From NCBI RefSeq assembly GCF_001194135.2, contig NC_068991.1, positions 55,820,054 through 55,856,233 on the forward strand: a stretch of 36,180 nt of DNA. The letters run 5' to 3'. This stretch comes from Octopus bimaculoides. Taxonomy: Eukaryota. Shown one piece after another: positions 1 to 12,687 of the stretch; the first letter of the stretch is position 1; each line of letters starts with the position of its first letter. The translations under genes and the position numbers were made by a program. The notes under the pieces are model-generated. The model was not told where the DNA came from. It saw nothing but the letters and a program-made list of their open reading frames with translations, and did no database searches.

Positions 1-565
1 AGTACAGTTAACAGAGAAACAGCTATAGCAATAGTCAAACTAGTCCTACGTTTTGCTTAGCTGCCAGCTATTTCTTGTGAATTTCCCCAGAATAATACTT
101 AATGCTTTATGTGATCGTGTGAGATCGTGTTAAACTTGGCAGACAGAACTGGATTCGCCATTGTTGTAGTTAGAAATAGTAAATATAGTAACATTTTTTT
201 ATTTAGCAATTCCTGTAACGTCTGTACTTATTAACCCTCAAGTCACTCCTGATATTTTCCAACTGTGATCATCGTGCCACTTTTCATATAAGATCAGCAT
301 TCAACATCTCTCTTTAGTCCAGCCTCCCCATAATTGTACTCCTTTTGAGCGCCTATCCTGTTCATACGTTTTTCTTTGATCTATAGATGTTTTGGCCGAA
401 CATTAACCACATCAATTTCACTAGTTTGGATGAATATACTTACAAAGTTTATAGTCACTGCCTTTCCTCATTGGAATATCTTATAAGCAAAAAGTGTGCC
501 CAACTCCCCATATATATATATGTGAGTATGTACATATAAAGATACACATATACATATACACACAC

Positions 566-597
566 GTGTGTGTGTGTGTGTGTGTATGTGTGTGTGT

Positions 598-628
<31 letters not shown>
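566..628. repeat. (TG)n microsatellite
   Basis: Direct reading. Confidence 0.95.
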
Positions 629-745
629 CACGCGCGAGTGCGTGTTTCTCTTCTGATTTAATCATTTAAATTCTTCCTCTGAAGGAGCTGGTTTCTAACA
701 AAAGTACGAAGCTTCATCACTGATTTGCAGATAACGAAAACAATG

Positions 746-1273
746 TCACATTTTATGCCTGAGAAAAGTCTTGCATAGTTTTACTGTTCCACTTACAGAT
801 TGTATTTGTAATGTGCGAGTCGGTTGATTTCTTTTTCTAAAGATCCATGCTTATCCAGACTGACAGTTATGTATTTACTTATAAAACCAAGTGCTCCAGT
901 TATTATTTGTATAAATGCAAATTAGCAATCTGGGTATTGAGGCTTGAGGTTTCGAAGCAGTTTCCATAGTTATCTTCTTTGTCTTTGATTTTCAAAGATA
1001 TATCCACGTCAGCAGAACAGCTGACCTTTATAGAGGTACATACTTTTTCTTGTCTGTCCCAGACAACAATATCCGACCTGATATGCTTACGCTAGACAGG
1101 TGCTTTGATGAGAATGCTCCACCAGTATTCCTGGTGCTGTATGGTTCTGTACATATTCAATAACAGGGAAATTCTCTATATTTATTCCAGGGCAGTCTTT
1201 TTTCCGAATGACATTGTAGAACGTTTTTGCAACAATATTATGTCGCATAGGGAGGTAGTACATTGATAGGATA
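746..1273 (-). mobile_element. Decayed 3' end of an RLE-type non-LTR retrotransposon (R4/Dong-like)
   Basis: Manual minus-strand translation across frameshifts: YYLPMRHNIVAKTFYNVIRKKDCP...QEYWWSILIK...KHIRSDIVVWDRQEKVCTSIKVSCSADVDISLKIKDKEDNYG/LLRNLKPQYPD..FIQIITGALG...LQIQSVSGTVKLCKTFLRHKM*. This follows the RHN/D, (R)PD..VW..E.S.P and I.GALG pattern of restriction-like endonuclease LINEs. Confidence 0.8.
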
Positions 1274-1283
1274 NNNNNNNNNN

Positions 1284-1345
1284 TATGTATGCATGTATGT
1301 ATGTATGTATGAATGTATGTATGTATGTTTGTATGTATATGTGTA
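1284..1345. repeat. (TATG)n microsatellite next to a 10-N gap
   Basis: Direct reading. Confidence 0.9.
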
Positions 1346-1528
1346 TCTATATATGTATATACCCAAGCTTGTATTGAATGATAGAAAGTTGAAAGGACAA
1401 AATAGGACATAATTGGAAGGAAACGTGGATAGACAGGATAGATTAGCGAAAATTTCCCAAAGTTGAAGATAATTACTTATGCAAGCATGTCCTATCTAGT
1501 TCCCAATCTTCACATATAAATCATCAAG

Positions 1529-1743
1529 GTGTTGTTGTTTAGCTTAAGGTTAACCCTGATCCAAAAGACCTATAATTAAATGTGTTGAATCCGTGGTCAT
1601 CCCATCTTATTCTCAGACATAATATATTTAAGTATTTTTTCATCGTCCAACGTGCCCATCCTCTTTTTAAGACGGTAATGTATGATTAGAAGAGCATTTT
1701 ACTGCTATTTCTTGCAAATCCACCAGCCACGTGAAAGTTCCTC
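1529..1743 (-). mobile_element. Interspersed repeat family D (SINE or LINE 3' end with (AAC)n tail)
   Basis: Shares the CTGCTAGAAATAGCAGCCAAA..AAATCA..CTACCGTCTTAAAAA motif and (AAC)n-like tail with copies at 8543-8745, 8810-8975 and 9678-9830. Confidence 0.65.
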
Positions 1744-2223
1744 AATGAAAGTTGTAAGATGAACAAGTATAAACTTGAAAAAGATAAAATGAATTTTAAT
1801 TTTAGAAAGTTTAACATGAAAAGAATATGAACCAGGAAGAAATCCTTCATTATTTGTTCAAGCAAGAAGCATAATTATTGCTAGTTGGTTCAAGTGTCTC
1901 GAGACCAATGAACTACTGTTATACTAAAATGACTTAAAACATGGCTGAAAAGGGCGATCAATGATCAAACATTAATTACGCGGTCAATTAAGACAATGAT
2001 TCTTGTTTCATACTTCATTTGTTTTATGGTCATGGCTTCGCAGAATCAGTGGGGTGCTATTTTAATATGCCCCTTACGGGGCCAGGAAAATTTAATCATA
2101 TTACTTTATGTTGAAGATTCTACTTACCATTTTTATCAAATCGATATAATTAGAAGCAGTCAAGTACATAGGTTCATATATTCGACAAAATTTTGTAGCT
2201 TTTTGATTTTGTTGTAAATCATT

Positions 2224-2432
2224 GGCGAGCTGGCAGAATCCTTACTACGCAGGACAAAATGCTCAGCGATATTTCTTCCGGCTTTTTATTTTCTGAGTTC
2301 AAATGCCTCTGTAGTCGACTTTGCCTTTTCTCCTTTAAAGGTCGTTAATGTGAATACCTGCTAAGCACTGGGATCGATGTAATTGATTTCGTCCTTCCCT
2401 CAAAATTGTTTGCCTTGTCCAAAATAAGAAAG
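2224..2432 (+). mobile_element. tRNA-derived SINE, family A (degenerate)
   Basis: GGCGAGCTGGCAGAATC head, B-box-like GAGTTCAAAT, then GTCGACTTTGCCTTT..CACTGGGATCGATGTAAT; aligns by eye with 29863-30084. Confidence 0.85.
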
Positions 2433-3114
2433 AGTTATTACTTAGTTTTGAAGGCGACCAACTCACAATACATCGGAACATGTATCTTTGTGTAAACTTA
2501 CGCTGATGTGGATTTCAAAAAAAAAAAAAACAAGTAAAACGTTGTAACCTGAAGTATAGGATATGCGAAGGATGAAAATCATAATAACCACTATAAAGTA
2601 ATTTAAATGAAATTTTGTGGCAAAAATTTAATTTATGATGTTATATATAAATCATGCATTAAACGACTTCCACCTCCAAAATAATAGATCTTATCGAATG
2701 TTCATCAGAGGAAAATACTATGAAAATTTCAAGCATAGAAGTAAAAGGCATAGGAAAGAAAACTTAATGGACAGATAGGGCAATGCATAGGACTGCGAAA
2801 TGCATTCGGATATAACTATAATATTTTGCCTCTAGCTTTGCTGAAGAATTTACTGAAAGAAGCTCGAATATCTCACTTTATATTTCACTTCCTGTCTCTC
2901 CCTCTTTCTCTTTCTGATGCACGTCCTTGATCGTGGAAAGCCAAATGATTTGTATAAGACATGGTAATTCAATTATCATTCTTCTGGTAATAAAGTTGTG
3001 TAGCTGTCAATTTCAGTGGAACGTCGGTAAAACGTGAGACATTACAGCCAAAATGTCGACGGTTCTTATCTTGTAACCAACACTGCTCAGTATCAATAGT
3101 GAAAACATTTTACA

Positions 3115-3180
3115 CACACACACATACTCTCTCTCTTTCTCTCTCTTTCTCTCTCTCTCTCTCCTTCTCTCACTCACTCG
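3115..3180. repeat. (CA)n/(CT)n microsatellite
   Basis: Direct reading. Confidence 0.9.
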
Positions 3181-3314
3181 CCAGCTCTCTTATAAACATC
3201 AAAATCATTCTATAACAACTAGTATTTCTTCAATTTACAATACTGAGTTCAAGACATGCTGACTTTTTAGACAGTCTTCGCAGATACCAATAACCGAAAA
3301 ATATCGATGCGTTC

Positions 3315-3351
3315 GTGTGTATGTGTATGTGTGTATGTGTATGTGTGTGTG

Positions 3352-3397
<46 letters not shown>
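3315..3397. repeat. (TG)n microsatellite
   Basis: Direct reading. Confidence 0.95.
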
Positions 3398-3399
<2 letters not shown>

Positions 3400-4106
3400 T
3401 CAACTTGATATAAGGGGATATTTTTTTAAGTTGTGGGCCCCATGGAAAATCTATTGGTGTTAAATTTTCAATTTTATAGTTAATTACCTTCAGTAACCTG
3501 CATTTAAAGGTATCGGCTAAACAAAATAATTCTACTCTTTATGAGTTGAATTGTAAAATATACATAGTTACATATACTTTTTATGTATGAACAGTTAAAC
3601 TTATAGTGTACATTTCTATTCAGTATTCAGCTAGCTAAATCTGTCAGAATTTTAACAAAATACAAAGATAGTGAAATTATAACAGCTAATTTTCTTTTGT
3701 GCTGATGACAAGGGGACGGAAAACAAAGAGGGACAAAGTGACATACTGTCAATTATATTTGTAAACTTACGCTATTGAAATAGCATAAAATTTCAATAAT
3801 TTAGCAGGAATAAGCTATATTAACAGCTGTCCACTGTCTTTAACTCATTTTTACCGCTACCTTCCTCTAATCTGGGGAAGCTGAAAGTAGGTCCAAATAC
3901 AACAGATGTCATACATTAACTGTATTAAGAAATTGATTGTCGAATAGGTTGCTTTGCGGTAATCATTCCGGCTCTTTTCATTCTGACTCCAAATCCCGCC
4001 GAGATCAACCTTGTCTTTCATCATTTCAGAGTCGATAAATGTAACATCAGTTTTTCTACTTGAACCGATTCTCTTTTTCTGTCTGTTTTTCTCTCTTCTG
4101 AAAAAG

Positions 4107-4202
4107 ATCGGCTGTGGTCAGTCCTGGAGAAAGATGAATCTCTCACACTTAGAATTCAAAGTGTTCATTCTAAGAAACGACAAATCGGTGACCATGTATT
4201 AG
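4107..4202 (+). CDS. Candidate internal coding exon A (96 nt, phase 1 to 1)
   Basis: Long polypyrimidine tract + AAAAG acceptor, donor TAG|GTAAAG; open frame (D)RLWSVLEKDESLTLRIQSVHSKKRQIGDHVL. Confidence 0.5.
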   Translation: MGCGQSWRKMNLSHLEFKVFILRNDKSVTMY

Positions 4203-5206
4203 GTAAAGTTTAGCGTCGTAAACAGGCAAGTAATGTAAAGTTGATGATTGTATTATTAAGTTGCAATGCAGAACTTAATTCCCAAGTACAGTGCAAAAGG
4301 CAAAAGCTTCAGAGCACTGCACTAACTTACCAACGCCACATTTATCCAAGTCTTCTTATTGTGAGCCAACGTGTTTGCCTCCACATTGTCACTCGACTTG
4401 CTTCAAATAAAAACAAACCTTAATGATATTTAGTTGGAATACAGCTTGAGCAGGGCAAAACAAGAGAGAGCGTCTGTATGGTCTCTCAAGTTGCAAGGAG
4501 TAGTTGCCAACTGTAAAATGGGCAATGTAGATACACTACGTAGTACCTAATACACTCAGTCTGGTCACAGCGAGAGCGCTTTTGGTTGTAGGCTTATTAC
4601 AGTTATTCGATTGGAGTTAACTTGAAAATAAGCAACAACAATGATAATATCAGCGACGCTTATTATTACCGAACCATTTCTTCATATTAATGCATTAAGC
4701 CTCTACCCCCTTAAATAGCATGTTGACTATTCTACACACACGCGCGTACACACGAAATTTCTCACTAGCTGCAGGTTAAAAAATTATTTTCTTAAAACCT
4801 CGTATTTCATCATACATCTGCTACTGATATAAATTCTGATTTGCTAAATATCAGTGAACGGCTCAGATTCAAATGACGATTTGAAACCGAGTAAAATTAG
4901 TCCTCGGGGATTTTGGTAGTTATGGGTTGAGCCAAAATGCTATTTCCTCAACCTCAATGGTTAAGTAAAATTATTTAAACTTACTTTTTAAGCGCTTTTA
5001 ATGATTGCGTTTATGTTAAGGTGTACTTCGTGAACTGTAATGTTTGTAAAGGAACCTACAGTAAACCACATCTTTTATAATGGGTTTTTTACATATTTCC
5101 TCATTGCGATCTGGTTGCATCCTATTTTACAGTTTAAATCATCAGCCAATTAACGTACAGTTATTAATTTCCGCGACCAATGACCGATTGCTATTTACTT
5201 ATTTTC

Positions 5207-5293
5207 TCTCTCTCTCTCTCTCTCTCNNNNNNNNNNNNNNNNNNNNNNNNNNNNNNNNNNNNNNNNNNNNNNNNNNNNNNNNNNNNNNNNNNN

Positions 5294-5355
<62 letters not shown>

Positions 5356-5370
5356 AACACATACATACAC
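5207..5370. repeat. (CT)n/(CA)n microsatellite spanning a gap
   Basis: Direct reading. Confidence 0.9.
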
Positions 5371-5384
5371 AAACACTAAAAATG

Positions 5385-5740
5385 TTCTCACATCTGAAAG
5401 TAAATGTCCAGTAGATTTTGGCTTTACGCAAGCCCTTCTGGTGGTCATTAGAGATGGTGTGAGATTCGAGGTGTTGGGTAAAATTGTTATCTATTGACGA
5501 TTGCCTCCAAAACATGTTAGATATTGAAAGTAAATGCGTTAAGACGATAGTTGGCAGGGTCATCAGTTTTAGGGAACGGAATAAACGTTAGCGCATTTCC
5601 AATAATCGATATATGACTCTTAATCAAAAGAGAAACTGGAGAGTTTGGTGAATGTAGGTTCTCTGCGGTGCATTATTTGCGAGTAATGGAAGGAAAATTG
5701 CCAGAACCGATGAACTCGTTTGATTTGATGACTGTAAGTT
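5385..5740 (-). mobile_element. Decayed LINE reverse transcriptase fragment (CR1/L2/Jockey group)
   Basis: Minus strand with frameshifts: DYWKCANVYSVP/KTDDPANYR..VLEAIVNR/QHLESHTISNDHQKGLRKA/KSTGHLLS. This matches the WK.A.V.P.PK..D..NYRPIS...Q.GFRK.RST motif series. Confidence 0.7.
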
Positions 5741-7384
5741 GATGTGTGCATGATTATGAGTTTGGTGGATTAAAAGAAATAGTTTTATGATATATTTATC
5801 TAGTGTGTGAAATATAGATTGAACAAGCATTCTAGAGGTGTATAGGAGATAATTATACTATTTTCTATCTGGACACATATGCTGATCTTTATATTCACGC
5901 ACACACAGGTGTGTACCTATGAGTTTTTTATACACTGTACATAAGTAGAAAAACCTTAACAGTAACAAGAATTTGAAGAAAAATAATTAGAATAATAATT
6001 TCTGCCGAATAGCGTGAGCTTTTATCGGAAGGTGATTTAAGCATTTATAACTCACTATAGTCATCTGTTTTTGTAACTAGATGTTTTGTGGTTTGTCAAT
6101 AGTGCTTTACCAAATGATTTTTAATCGGTAGATTTATTATAAAATTTCAAGGATCTGAAATCTCTGTGTCTGCATGAGATTAAACTTTCGCTCTATCGAT
6201 TTAGTAGTTAATTATCTGCTAGAAGTATCTTAAGATCTTCAATTGTACAAACCCTACTTTTTTATTGTATACGCTGGGGTTGTAGCTATAGTACACCACT
6301 GCAGTTTGTAATCAGTACTCCGGTACTTTAAACTCCGTATATATATTCTGCTAGTGATGCCGTTTTGCTTACTTTTTTTCTATTTTATTTCCTTTTTTTT
6401 TTTTTTTGAAAACATGTTTGTGCATACTATAGCGTCACTTAATAGGGTTCGATATGGAACCAATATAATATTTATTACCCGATTTTGTAATGCTATTGCG
6501 CTACTCTATAGTAACAGGTAGTGAATTATTCACGAGGAGTCTTAGAGGGCTTGCAAACTTGTATTTTCACCGCTGTTATTCGGGTTTATTTCCTACTTCT
6601 TGTTTATATTTTTCGTACTAATACTATTGTGCTATTTTCAATGTAAGTATTTTTACTATATTTTTGCTATTGGAAGTAAAAAAATCCTGCGACATGGAAA
6701 GGTTCCGTGTAAGTACTCCTAAGGTTTGGATTTGTATGAGTAAAGTTTATATCATTCCACATCTTGCTTGTTTGAATGATTAGCGTTTCTTTGTCTCAAG
6801 TTAGAACTTGTATTTTTCCTATACTTTTACTTTTGTGTCGAGTGTTTAAGAGGGTTGCGTCACCATTCCTACTTTTATTTCCGGGGTGACTTGTTATAGA
6901 TTGAGTATTGCGATTTTTATCCACATTTAGGTTTCTGTTACTATATGAATGTGCTTCTGCTTGAGTTACTTTCGGTATCTTTATTAATCTTAAAATCATT
7001 AGTCATCAATGTTATCTGCAGCATTACATGTTGCTGGGAATGAAAATTTCGCCAAAATCTCATAAAGTTGTTATGACATTAATGCTTAGGTGGAAGCTTT
7101 TTCACCAGAATATCGAGGAAAATACGTTTGCTTTTCACGTTCCTTGTGTAAGAAATGTTATACTGTGTGACAATACTTTTCCTAGTTTTCTGAGTATTAG
7201 TCTTAACTAGTTACTTATAGCGAATTTCTCTTATTACCGTAATTTTTAGATTTAGGTACACCACTTTAAATAGTGTCACAATTAGAAAAATTTCTATAGA
7301 AAATGCTTCCGTATCATCAACTTATGATTTTTATCATTCGTTTTTACGTTGATAGAGATATGGAATTTACTAGAGTTCCTTCTA

Positions 7385-7760
7385 TTAGCCGTTAGTCATA
7401 GTATTATTGCCATTTACAAGTTTATACTTGAGTTTTTTGCTATTGTCGGCCTTAGAATCATTGTTATGTGTAATTATAGTAATTGTTCTATATCCTGTTT
7501 GTGTTTGTCCCCTATATGTATTTATTACTATATCAACTTCTCTCTTTTTATCAGTTTTAAAGAGTTTAGTTTTATCATAATCTTCACAATTATGTATTAT
7601 AATTCTATGGTCACTGGGACTTTTAGTGGTTAGAGCTTTAGTGTTACGTACATCAGGTTTTAATTCTCCCATATTTCTATTTTGATTTGGTTGTTTCTTA
7701 GGAGAACGGTGAGATTTCTTTATATTATTATTTAGTTTTGGAGAAGGACCTTTCTTTATG
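7385..7760 (-). mobile_element. Possible decayed LINE APE endonuclease fragment
   Basis: Minus ORF contains DVRNTKAL..SPSDHRIII, resembling the C-terminal SDH motif of RTE-like endonucleases; the flanking minus strand is A-rich. No further motifs could be recovered. Confidence 0.35.
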
Positions 7761-8542
7761 GTGCAGATTCTTTGTTCATGGCCTAGAATATAGTATATGG
7801 TTTCATTAAGTCCACTTCTTCATTATAATATTCAGTGTCATCACAATATTTGTTTATTCACTGACAATTTAGATACTCTAAGTGAAATATTTCTACTAAG
7901 ATTATTTATAATAGACCAAGGGTGGTTAGAGTATTAGTGCATGTAATGTAGGTTTTCATTCGACATATAGTAACGAAACAGCTAGTCACTTTTATGATCG
8001 AGTGTAACTAAATAATAATTTATATACAAACGTTCCAGTTTTGTACTTATTTATCTTTCACAGTATAGAGACTAGTGAAAAACATTTTGGACAAAAATAC
8101 AGTAGTCCTCTTCGCAGTTTTCCCTTTCGTTATCTAAGAAGGTACATGGAGTACTAAACACTGGTCATGTAATTTAGATTTTAATTACATTATATATGTT
8201 TATGATATAGGAATGAAACAGAATTGGAAAACAATTATTCGACACAAAACAGATATGGCAAATACAAGGCATTTTTTTCATTTCTCATCAGACGGACTAC
8301 CAAAACAAGATTTCTTCGGCTAGCCAGCATTATGTAGAGAATATACATCATGTATAGGCTGTTGCACTGAGTCCCATATAATCCCATACGATCACTTCCT
8401 GTCGAAGTGTGCAGTATAGTACTCAACTCGACAGAAAACACGTCTGTTGGATGCGCCTGTTCAGTTGGCTTACCTTACAAGTTGTAGGTGTACTGGATCA
8501 GAATCGAAACTGGGAATACACAAACATAACTACAGCAGAGTG

Positions 8543-8745
8543 CCACATTGTCGTTCGACCTGCTAGAAATAGAAGCCAAACTTCCAAAATCATTCCCTTT
8601 GTCTTTAAAAATGTTGGTTGCTTACTGGATAAAGTAGGACTGAATATACAAAAGGGTTGACATGATCATAACTGGAAGACCTTCGAGGAAACGTTTTCTC
8701 TTTCATGGATGACCTGGGCGTACTAAACAACAAGAACAACGACAA
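8543..8745 (+). mobile_element. Interspersed repeat family D
   Basis: TCGACCTGCTAGAAATAGAAGCCAAA ... CTAAACAACAAGAACAAC tail; reverse complement of 1529-1743. Confidence 0.65.
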
Positions 8746-9677
8746 ACATCAATCCCTATAAAAGTTCTGTATCAAGTAGAAGTCAATTGCAGTGAGTACG
8801 CCAATGTGAGAAAGCCTCTCCTAGCAGCCAGAACGCCTTGAAATCATACTGTACTGCCTTAAAAAGGGAAGCACATACAACATAATTCTGTGTAACAGAC
8901 CGAATGGTGACAGCTGAAATGTGTGAAACAATCATAAGCTTCTGAATTAAAACTGACTTGAGACTAAACAACGAGGAATACATCAAATGATATAGTCTTA
9001 ATGCATGACGTTTCGAAAAAAGACAGAATAGTCACGGCTGGAACGTCTTCAATCAGAAGTCTGTTCGTTTGTGGCTGACTTGGAGCTAATCAGCAATACA
9101 GAGGGGTACATTAGATAATGTAGTTCTAGATAAACTATGTGTAAATAAAATATGTGGAACAGACATATGCGAAACAGCAATAAATATAGCCACTACTCCT
9201 TGTTTTAAATTAGCAAAAGATACATTGGGTGATGAAGTTCGAGTCGTAGCTACAAAAGATTGGATGAAATGCTTTTGAACATTACATCAGATCGATCAAG
9301 TTTAAGTTGGGTCATACAATTATACTATAAGGTAGATAATATTATCCTAGATACACTATGTCTGAAAAAGACTGGTCTGGCATTACTGGAACGCCTTTAA
9401 GCATGCGTCATCTCCAACACAGCTGACTTGAGGCTGAACATCAACCATAACAACAACAGCAGCAGCAGCAGCTACCAGTGATTATCAAGTTGTTTACAGC
9501 AAAAAAATGAAAATAAGACCAAGAAGCAGTTTATGAATGCGACGATTTTCTGTCTCCCACGGCAAAACTGCGTCTAATTACTTAATTACTTCTCATTATA
9601 ATCAATTAGTATGTTCACTAATGAGTTGTAATTTGGTTGAGCCGCTTGTTATTTTACTGGGTATGGGTCTAGCTAAT

Positions 9678-9830
9678 GAGGAAACTTCTATGTAGTTGTT
9701 CGAACTGCTAGAAATAACAACCAAATTTCATTCAAATCACGCCCTACCGTCGTAAAAAAATAAACTAATCTGAAAGAAAAAATTCAACAAAATTGCCATG
9801 GTTGGAATGCTCTTGAACATTGTTTTCCTC
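9678..9830 (+). mobile_element. Interspersed repeat family D (partial)
   Basis: CGAACTGCTAGAAATAACAACCAAA..AAATCACGCCCTACCGTCGTAAAAAA. Confidence 0.6.
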
Positions 9831-9933
9831 GACTATGGCTGAATTTCGTTGATGTTGATTAAATGTTCAACATCGCTTGATGTCTACTGCGCTGTATTCT
9901 ATTATCGAACGAGTGTATTAGCGCGAGCATTAC

Positions 9934-9936
<3 letters not shown>

Positions 9937-9969
<33 letters not shown>

Positions 9970-9980
9970 GCGTGAGGATG

Positions 9981-10012
<32 letters not shown>

Positions 10013-10046
10013 CGTGTGTGTGTGTGTTCATGTGTGTGTGTGTGTG
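9937..10046. repeat. (TG)n microsatellite
   Basis: Direct reading. Confidence 0.95.
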
Positions 10047-10544
10047 AATAATTGTTTATGTATATCTAGTGGGTTTAAGGGTGTATGAATGTGTGTATGT
10101 TTGTACATATGTTTTCTGTATAAATGTGTGGGTATGCATATTTATGAATAATTGTGTTGATGCTGAGTGTGTGCATTCCTATGTGGGTTTGTGTGTATGT
10201 GCGTAGGTGCTGTGGTTATGTTTTTGCTTGAATGTGTCTTTTGCGGATGGTTCTCCGTCAGTTTCGACGATGATAATTTAGCTGTTTGATCAACTGAATT
10301 ACGTGCTCCTGAAATTAAAGGATATATGGATGAACACCCCTACAGACACGTAAACCCTTAACGTTATTTTCAGACAGAATCAGCTTGACGCAGCGTGTGG
10401 CAAGGTTGTACCTTTGAAATTACAGGTACAATCCATCTGACAGGCTTCTGTACAGTTTCACTTAACTCAATTTCACTCACAAAGTATGACTCAACCCGAG
10501 ACTATAAAAACTGCCATTTACCTTGTATGACGCGAAATAGAATC

Positions 10545-10670
10545 GGACTTGGCCTAATAGTTATTCGGCTCACGATCATAAGGTTGTGGGGTCAATTCCA
10601 AGGTCGGACAACACGTTGCACCTAACCTTGAGCTAGGCACTTCACTTTGCTTCAGTCTACTCAACTGTAA
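10545..10670 (+). mobile_element. tRNA-derived SINE, family C (5' part)
   Basis: A-box-like TGGCCTAATAG, B-box-like GTCAATTCC, then CCTTGAGCTAGGCACTT..CAGTCTACTCAACTG; related to 24500-24599. Confidence 0.6.
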
Positions 10671-10711
10671 TTTCATGCTACTCAAATCTACTCTGTTGAG
10701 TACATGTGCAG

Positions 10712-11039
10712 CTCTCTCTCTCTCTCTCTCTCTCACTCTTTCTCTCTTTCTCTTACGCTCTTTTTCTCCCTCTCTCCCCCTCTCTCTTCCTCTCACGCTC
10801 TCTCTCTCTCCCTCTCTCTTTCTCTTACGCTCTCTTTCTCCCTCTCTCTCCCTCTCTCTTCCTCTCACGCTCTTTCTTTCCCTCACTCTTTCTCTTACGC
10901 TCTCTTTCTCCCTCTCTCTCCCTCTTTCTTCCTCTCACGCTCTCTCTTTCCCTCACTCTTTCTCTTACGCTCTATTGCTCCTCTTTCTCTCATGCTCTCT
11001 CTCTTTCTCTCTCTCTCTTTTCTTTCTCTCTCTCTCCTT

Positions 11040-11072
<33 letters not shown>

Positions 11073-11073
11073 G

Positions 11074-11121
<48 letters not shown>

Positions 11122-11128
11122 TCTCTCT
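10712..11128. repeat. CT-rich tract containing a ~70-bp minisatellite
   Basis: TTACGC marker at 10753, 10825, 10895 and 10965 (spacing 72/70/70). Confidence 0.9.
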
Positions 11129-11464
11129 TCCTCCTGGTGTCACAGACTAGAAGTACTTCAAGGTAAAGAGTGAGGAGCTGAAAGGGTGCCTGTGTCTCTT
11201 CGTGACTATACAGGCACCTAAAACAATTTGCGAAAGCATCGTACATGTTGCCAAACCACGCTCAGTCGCGAGTGGCGGCTGGCTGTGCTGTACATTTTTG
11301 TGGATGACTGTGGACGTGTACGTACTAGCGTGTATGTGTCGGTACGCATGTCATTATTGTTGATGTGTTGTAATGTGTTTGTGTTCTAAGTGGTGGTGTG
11401 TTCATGTGTTTATATGTGAACCTTTTTGCGAATATGTGTGCATGTGTATGTGTGAGTTTATGTA

Positions 11465-12317
11465 TACGAGGTGTTGTCAAGAAGTATCAAACCTTGATAT
11501 TTTTGCACAAAATAACAATGTATGAGCAAAATCAGAATACGAATTAGGTAACCGCGTCCTTCCTGAGCATGCGCAAAAATTTTCGTGTCTGTAGGTTGCG
11601 CCATTTGCCCGCAGTGATGCGTTGAGTGCAGACGTGAAGAGTGTGATGTGCGATTTTTCTTTTTGAGTTAAGATGGCCGAGCGCATTGACTAAAGACACT
11701 ATATCAAATTCTGCCAAAAACTCGGTGATACATAATCTCATACCATCGAGAAGATTCAAAAGGCTTTTAAAGATGACGCTATGGAAAAAACACAAATAAA
11801 GGAGTGGTACAGCCGATTCAAAGATGGCCGCACCTTGGTGGACAGCGAGCCACGTTGTGGCAGACCATCAACCAACAGAAATGACGAAATGATTGTAAAG
11901 GTCTGAGGAATAGTCCATGAAAACCATGGTGTGACTATTGAAGAGATTGTTGCCGAAGTTGGAATCAACCAAGGGTCAGTTCATTTTAATCAGTTTATTC
12001 CGCCCACGTCGTCCAAACATTCTTTGTCATGCAAAACACACCACATGTTCGTCAGGCTTCCTACTCCCCAGATTTGACTCAAAAAAACATTCAAAAGGAG
12101 ATTTGAGTCGACAAATGACATTAATCAAAATTCGACGGCACAGCTCTACAGCATCCCAAAAAGTGATTTCCAGAAGTGTTTCCAGCAGTGGCAGGAACGC
12201 TAGCAGAAGTGTATAAACTCCCAAGGCGAATACTTTGAAGGAGACTAAATCAAAATGGATTTTGAATATTACTTCTTTTTTTACCAAAAGTCGGATACTT
12301 TTTGACTACACCTCGTA
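11465..12317 (+). mobile_element. Internally deleted mariner transposon with both TIRs
   Basis: Left end TACGAGGTGTTGTCAAGAAGTATCAAACCT; right end reverse-complemented TACGAGGTGTAGTCAAAAAGTATCCGACTT; TA at both ends. Confidence 0.92.
11673..12248 (+). pseudogene. Mariner transposase pseudogene
   Basis: MAERID*RHYIKFCQKLGDT*..KEWYSRFKDGRTLVDSEPRCGRPST (HTH region), central deletion, then YSPDL motif and C-terminal FQKCFQQWQER*QKCINSQGEYFEGD*. Confidence 0.9.
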
Positions 12318-12687
12318 GATATATGTATATGTACGAACGGTGATGTTTCTGTTGTTGTTACCTGTTATTGTTGTGTATATATATGTGCATATTTTTGTGT
12401 ATAAGTGTATGGGCGTGAGTATGCATGCGTATACGTGCCTATACCCCCAGCTTTGTCACCTGATAGCAAAACGAATCATTCTGTCAGATAATGGTTAGGC
12501 ACTAAGATAACAAAATAGAACATCACCTTAATCATTCTAATGAATGATTTTAATGCAAGAACACAGAGAAATAGAAAATGAAAGAGTGAGACCGCGTGAT
12601 CAGGTGCTGTGATTTGATAAAATTAACAGCAATAGCATTACTTTCTTTCTCTGTGAGCACGATCTCGTTATTATCAACCTCTCTCAG

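Noticed and set aside
3702-3730. Other CTGATGA or CTGAAGA hits (3702, 2841, and minus-strand hits near 2702, 5560, 8285, 24714, 29608)
   Set aside because: No stem II plus GAAA plus paired stem I can be built.
6100-7380. Possible continuation of a minus-strand LINE ORF2 downstream of the SDH-like motif
   Set aside because: Strand bias is suggestive, but I could not recover convincing RT motifs by eye.
11146-11162. 17-nt micro-exon candidate (CACAG|...CAAG|GTAAAG)
   Set aside because: The pyrimidine tract is just the CT microsatellite, and 17 nt would break the frame between exons A and B.
10554-11173. ORFs of 110-163 aa rich in Leu/Ser or Arg/Glu
   Set aside because: Translations of the CT/GA microsatellite tract.
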